From Microcystaceae cyanobacterium (GTDB lineage Bacteria > Cyanobacteriota > Cyanobacteriia > Cyanobacteriales > Microcystaceae): 64,000 nucleotides of DNA. The notes beneath the pieces were generated by a model that was not told where the DNA came from, made no database searches, and saw nothing but the letters and a program-made list of their open reading frames with translations. A program made the translations under genes and the position numbers. This document shows, piece by piece, positions 60,911 to 64,000 of the stretch. The DNA is taken from assembly GCA_041746575.1 (NCBI GenBank), contig JBGTGT010000040.1, positions 1-64,000 of the forward strand, given 5' to 3'. Numbering within the stretch: position 1 is the first letter of the stretch; each line of letters opens with the position of its first letter.

Positions 60911-61516
60911 ATGAATCTTCAGAGAATTATTGGCATAACTGGCGGAATTGCGACAGGTAAAAGCACTGTTGCCCAATATCTAGCAGATAAATATCATTTA
61001 CCCATTTTTGATGCTGATATCTATGCTAAAGAAGCGATAGATGCCAATTCTCCCATTTTACGGCAAATCTTTAAACGTTATGGAGAGTCAATTCGTCAAG
61101 AGAATGGAGACTTAAATCGTCAAGCCTTAGGCAATATTATTTTTAACGATTCATTGGAAAAACAATGGTTGGAAGAACAAATCCATCCCGTTGTGAGAAA
61201 CTGTTTTGAAGCAGTCAGGCAAACAAATTCATCTCCTGTTTTAGTCTTCGTTATCCCTTTATTATTTGAAGCGAAAATGACCGATTTAGTCAAAGAAATT
61301 TGGGTGGTGACTTGTCCATTATCTGCACAAATTCAACGTCTTCAACACCGCAATCACCTCACAGAAGAACAAGCGATCGCGCGCATTAAAAGTCAATGGC
61401 CATTAAAACGAAAAATATCTAGGGCAAATGTTATTATTAATAACCATTCAACCCCAGAAGCCTTATGGCAACAAATTGATCAGAATTTGAGGTTATGGAA
61501 AACTCAAACTGATTAG
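60911..61516 (+). CDS. coaE: Dephospho-CoA kinase
   Basis: GITGGIATGKST, DAD, IHPVV, IPLLFE, RIKSQWP. Confidence 0.95.
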   Translation: MNLQRIIGITGGIATGKSTVAQYLADKYHLPIFDADIYAKEAIDANSPILRQIFKRYGESIRQENGDLNRQALGNIIFNDSLEKQWLEEQIHPVVRNCFEAVRQTNSSPVLVFVIPLLFEAKMTDLVKEIWVVTCPLSAQIQRLQHRNHLTEEQAIARIKSQWPLKRKISRANVIINNHSTPEALWQQIDQNLRLWKTQTD

Positions 61517-61543
61517 AGATGCAATATGTTTAAATTGGGGTTA

Positions 61544-62449
61544 TTAACGGGCAATTAAGGTCAATCCCTCTGGATCAACATCATAATAACCTGCTGTTAC
61601 AACCGTATTAGGCGTGGCACAAATCAGGCTGTCTTGGGGGCCATAAATATAAACTAAATTTGACTCTTCGACGCATTGAACTTGCGATAGTCCATAACCG
61701 TCAAAAAGTTGATAACCGGGGCTATTTTGCTGAATAATAATGTAATCAGGCTCATTATTAGCGTTAGCCGCACTAACGACTGCCGCCGTTACCCCTGCCG
61801 TTACCGCGCCTGCGGCAAAGCCACCCCAAAAACCGCCACCCCAGTAGCCATAATTAGGTCGCCACGCTACACCGCTATTCCAACCCCAACCACCCCAATT
61901 AGGTCTAGGATTGACAATAATGTTGCGATTTCCTGTATTGATCGTATTGCGGTTAACGCGATTACTATAACGGCGATCGTTGCTAACATTAATATTTCGG
62001 TTGTTATCAACCCGATTGCGTACATTATTGCGGTCAACGTTATTAACCCGATTGCTGGCATTATCACGGTTAACGTTATTAGGGCGATTTTGGGCTTGAT
62101 CTCGATTAATTCGACCGCTTCCTGCTCGTTGTCCTGCTACATCTAAATTTTCTCGATTAGCCGGACGTTGGCCACTAGGGCGTTGAGCCGTACTGGGCTT
62201 TTTGACTCGTCCACTGCCATTTGCGCCCACGTTATGGCGATTTACGCTATTATTACGATTCGCGGTCCGATTACCGCCACCGCTTCGATTAGCCGCCCGA
62301 TTTCCTCCTCTACTGCCTCCTCCTGACCGTCGTTGTGCTGTTAAAGTTTCAGCAGAAGGGTTTGTCTCAAAGGCAGAAACGAGTTGAAGCGGAATAAATA
62401 AATAGGATGTAAGAGAGAGAATAAGACTTAGAGAAATCGCTTTTTTCAT
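61544..62449 (-). CDS. Exported protein with Asn/Arg-rich low-complexity region and Gly/Trp-rich segment
   Basis: Signal peptide; RNNVNRD-type repeats; WGGWGW..YWGGGFWGGF; C-terminal domain with two Cys. Confidence 0.8.
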   Translation of the reverse strand: MKKAISLSLILSLTSYLFIPLQLVSAFETNPSAETLTAQRRSGGGSRGGNRAANRSGGGNRTANRNNSVNRHNVGANGSGRVKKPSTAQRPSGQRPANRENLDVAGQRAGSGRINRDQAQNRPNNVNRDNASNRVNNVDRNNVRNRVDNNRNINVSNDRRYSNRVNRNTINTGNRNIIVNPRPNWGGWGWNSGVAWRPNYGYWGGGFWGGFAAGAVTAGVTAAVVSAANANNEPDYIIIQQNSPGYQLFDGYGLSQVQCVEESNLVYIYGPQDSLICATPNTVVTAGYYDVDPEGLTLIAR

Positions 62450-62910
62450 CGGGAAGCTCCTACCGGTTTAGTGGTAGCGTCAATTTTGCCTAAACCCGTG
62501 ATATATGCTCCTTTACCTGTTACGGCTTCTAAGAGAATCGTTCCCGGACTTAGGGTAACGGTAGAGCCTTTAATGGGTTGTTTTTCTTTACTAGGGTTGA
62601 TAAAGAGGAAGATTTCCTTAATAACAATCTCTTCTGTCACCCCTTCTGTATCAATGCCCATACGAGCTTTGTTGCACACCACTAATTCTCCTTCTTTATC
62701 ACATTCATTTTTGGTAATCAGGATTGTGCTTTCGCCTTCTTCAGTTTTAAAGTAAATCGTATCGTCGGTGTCAAAGATTTCGACGCTGGAATAGGTGTCA
62801 ATATCGCCATTATCATGTTCAACGATGAATTCTCCTTTCGCATAAGCGGTATTAGGAGCTAAAGCGGCGAGACAAAGCAAGGGAAGAAAGGATTTGACAA
62901 AGATTTTCAT
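62446..62910 (-). CDS. Exported hypothetical protein
   Basis: Signal peptide ending AYA; overlaps the start of the downstream gene by 4 nt. Confidence 0.75.
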   Translation of the reverse strand: MKIFVKSFLPLLCLAALAPNTAYAKGEFIVEHDNGDIDTYSSVEIFDTDDTIYFKTEEGESTILITKNECDKEGELVVCNKARMGIDTEGVTEEIVIKEIFLFINPSKEKQPIKGSTVTLSPGTILLEAVTGKGAYITGLGKIDATTKPVGASR

Positions 62911-63136
62911 GGAAATATCTCCCAATTTAAAAGACATTAACGGCACGAATCAAGTTATGAAATTCTTTTCTCCCTTCTCTTCTAACCATAGAGGAAAAGG
63001 GAAAAAACGACGATTATTCAGCGTGATGAGGAGCAAGAGATAGAATAGATTGCTATTGCAGATAAATAATCTATTTTAGCGTCCAATAGAACATTATAAT
63101 GTATTTTTACATAAAAATTGCGATTATAAGATTTAT

Positions 63137-63778
63137 TTAAGGAATGTTGTGAATAATGCCTAAAGATTTAAATGCTCTTAACATGATGTCAATGGCTAAG
63201 GTGGATTGCATGACGGCAAATACCCATCCAATCAGGCGTAATATCGGCAGTCCCACGACATTCATGATTTCGTCGGAGAAAATCATACCGAGATAATTTA
63301 GAAACATCATCAAAAGTAGGATGCCTATCACTTGCGCTTGGAAAACGAAATCTCCTTTAGCAATGACCATATAAAATAAAATTGCCACCACGCCATAAGA
63401 GGTAATTACAACAGGGATGGTTAAGGGAGATAATGCCAATCTAGTTGACTCTTTCAGGGGGGTTTCGGCCGTCGCTTTTTTGCCTCCGGTGGCTTGGGAT
63501 TGCATAGTGATGATTTTTAGGGCAGAGAGGAGTAAGATCAATCCTCCTGTTAACTTAAGGGCATCGAGGGATACATTCCACTTGCCAATCACATTATGCC
63601 CAATTAAAGCGATAAATAAGCAAATTCCTGTGGCAATGAAGGTCGTCTGTAGAGCAGTTTTCGAGCGAAATTGAGGAGTTGCTTCGCCGGCTAAGATAAA
63701 AAAGGCGGGAATCGTTTTAATAGGGCCTAAAGTCAGGAAAAAGATGGTGAAAACATCAGATAAAGGAGGATGATTCAT
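63137..63778 (-). CDS. MarC-family membrane protein
   Basis: FFLTLGPIK, GGLILLL, LALSPLTIP, six TMs. Confidence 0.88.
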   Translation of the reverse strand: MNHPPLSDVFTIFFLTLGPIKTIPAFFILAGEATPQFRSKTALQTTFIATGICLFIALIGHNVIGKWNVSLDALKLTGGLILLLSALKIITMQSQATGGKKATAETPLKESTRLALSPLTIPVVITSYGVVAILFYMVIAKGDFVFQAQVIGILLLMMFLNYLGMIFSDEIMNVVGLPILRLIGWVFAVMQSTLAIDIMLRAFKSLGIIHNIP

Positions 63779-64000
63779 GAGATTTACGCATATTTTTCAG
63801 AATAGTCATTTAAAATTGTAAGATGAATGGTCTTTAATAATGAACTAATGGAATAATAACTTGAACTACAATTCTGGATAAGAAATGGATTGCTTAAGGG
63901 AAAAAGTCAGGATTTAGGTTTTTTAAACTCATTAATTCAGAATCCCGACCTTTGATCAATATTTTTATCCCGAATTTAGGGTGAAGGTTACATTCCCATA

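Overview
64-kb chromosomal window from a unicellular, Chroococcales/Synechocystis-like cyanobacterium (frequent HIP1 octamer GCGATCGC; ndhAIGE, isiA, psbM, psbN, ctpA, coxBAC, dxs, pyrF, coaE). Two accessory blocks stand out. (1) A five-gene minus-strand operon at 24472-31718 encodes a GH24 lysozyme, an M15 peptidase with peptidoglycan-binding domains, a C14 caspase, a membrane protein and a CHAT-WD40 protein. Both signal-less wall hydrolases carry an acidic N-terminal leader ending in the identical pentapeptide ATRAA. The caspase carries VTRAA, VTRG and AARG, and the membrane protein ATARG. I infer a protease-gated zymogen lysis/defence system; this is untested. (2) A general-stress-type cluster at 13813-23067 has a candidate shared palindromic activator site about 22 nt upstream of -10 boxes. 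The window also shows gene decay: a nonsense codon in a CYP152 peroxygenase, a frameshifted flavodoxin isiB, a deleted and frameshifted NCS2 permease, an IS982-truncated MscS and a PAS remnant abutting an IS701 end. A 145-bp MITE has ends resembling the IS982 element. All calls come from reading the sequence and translations by eye; no database searches were run.
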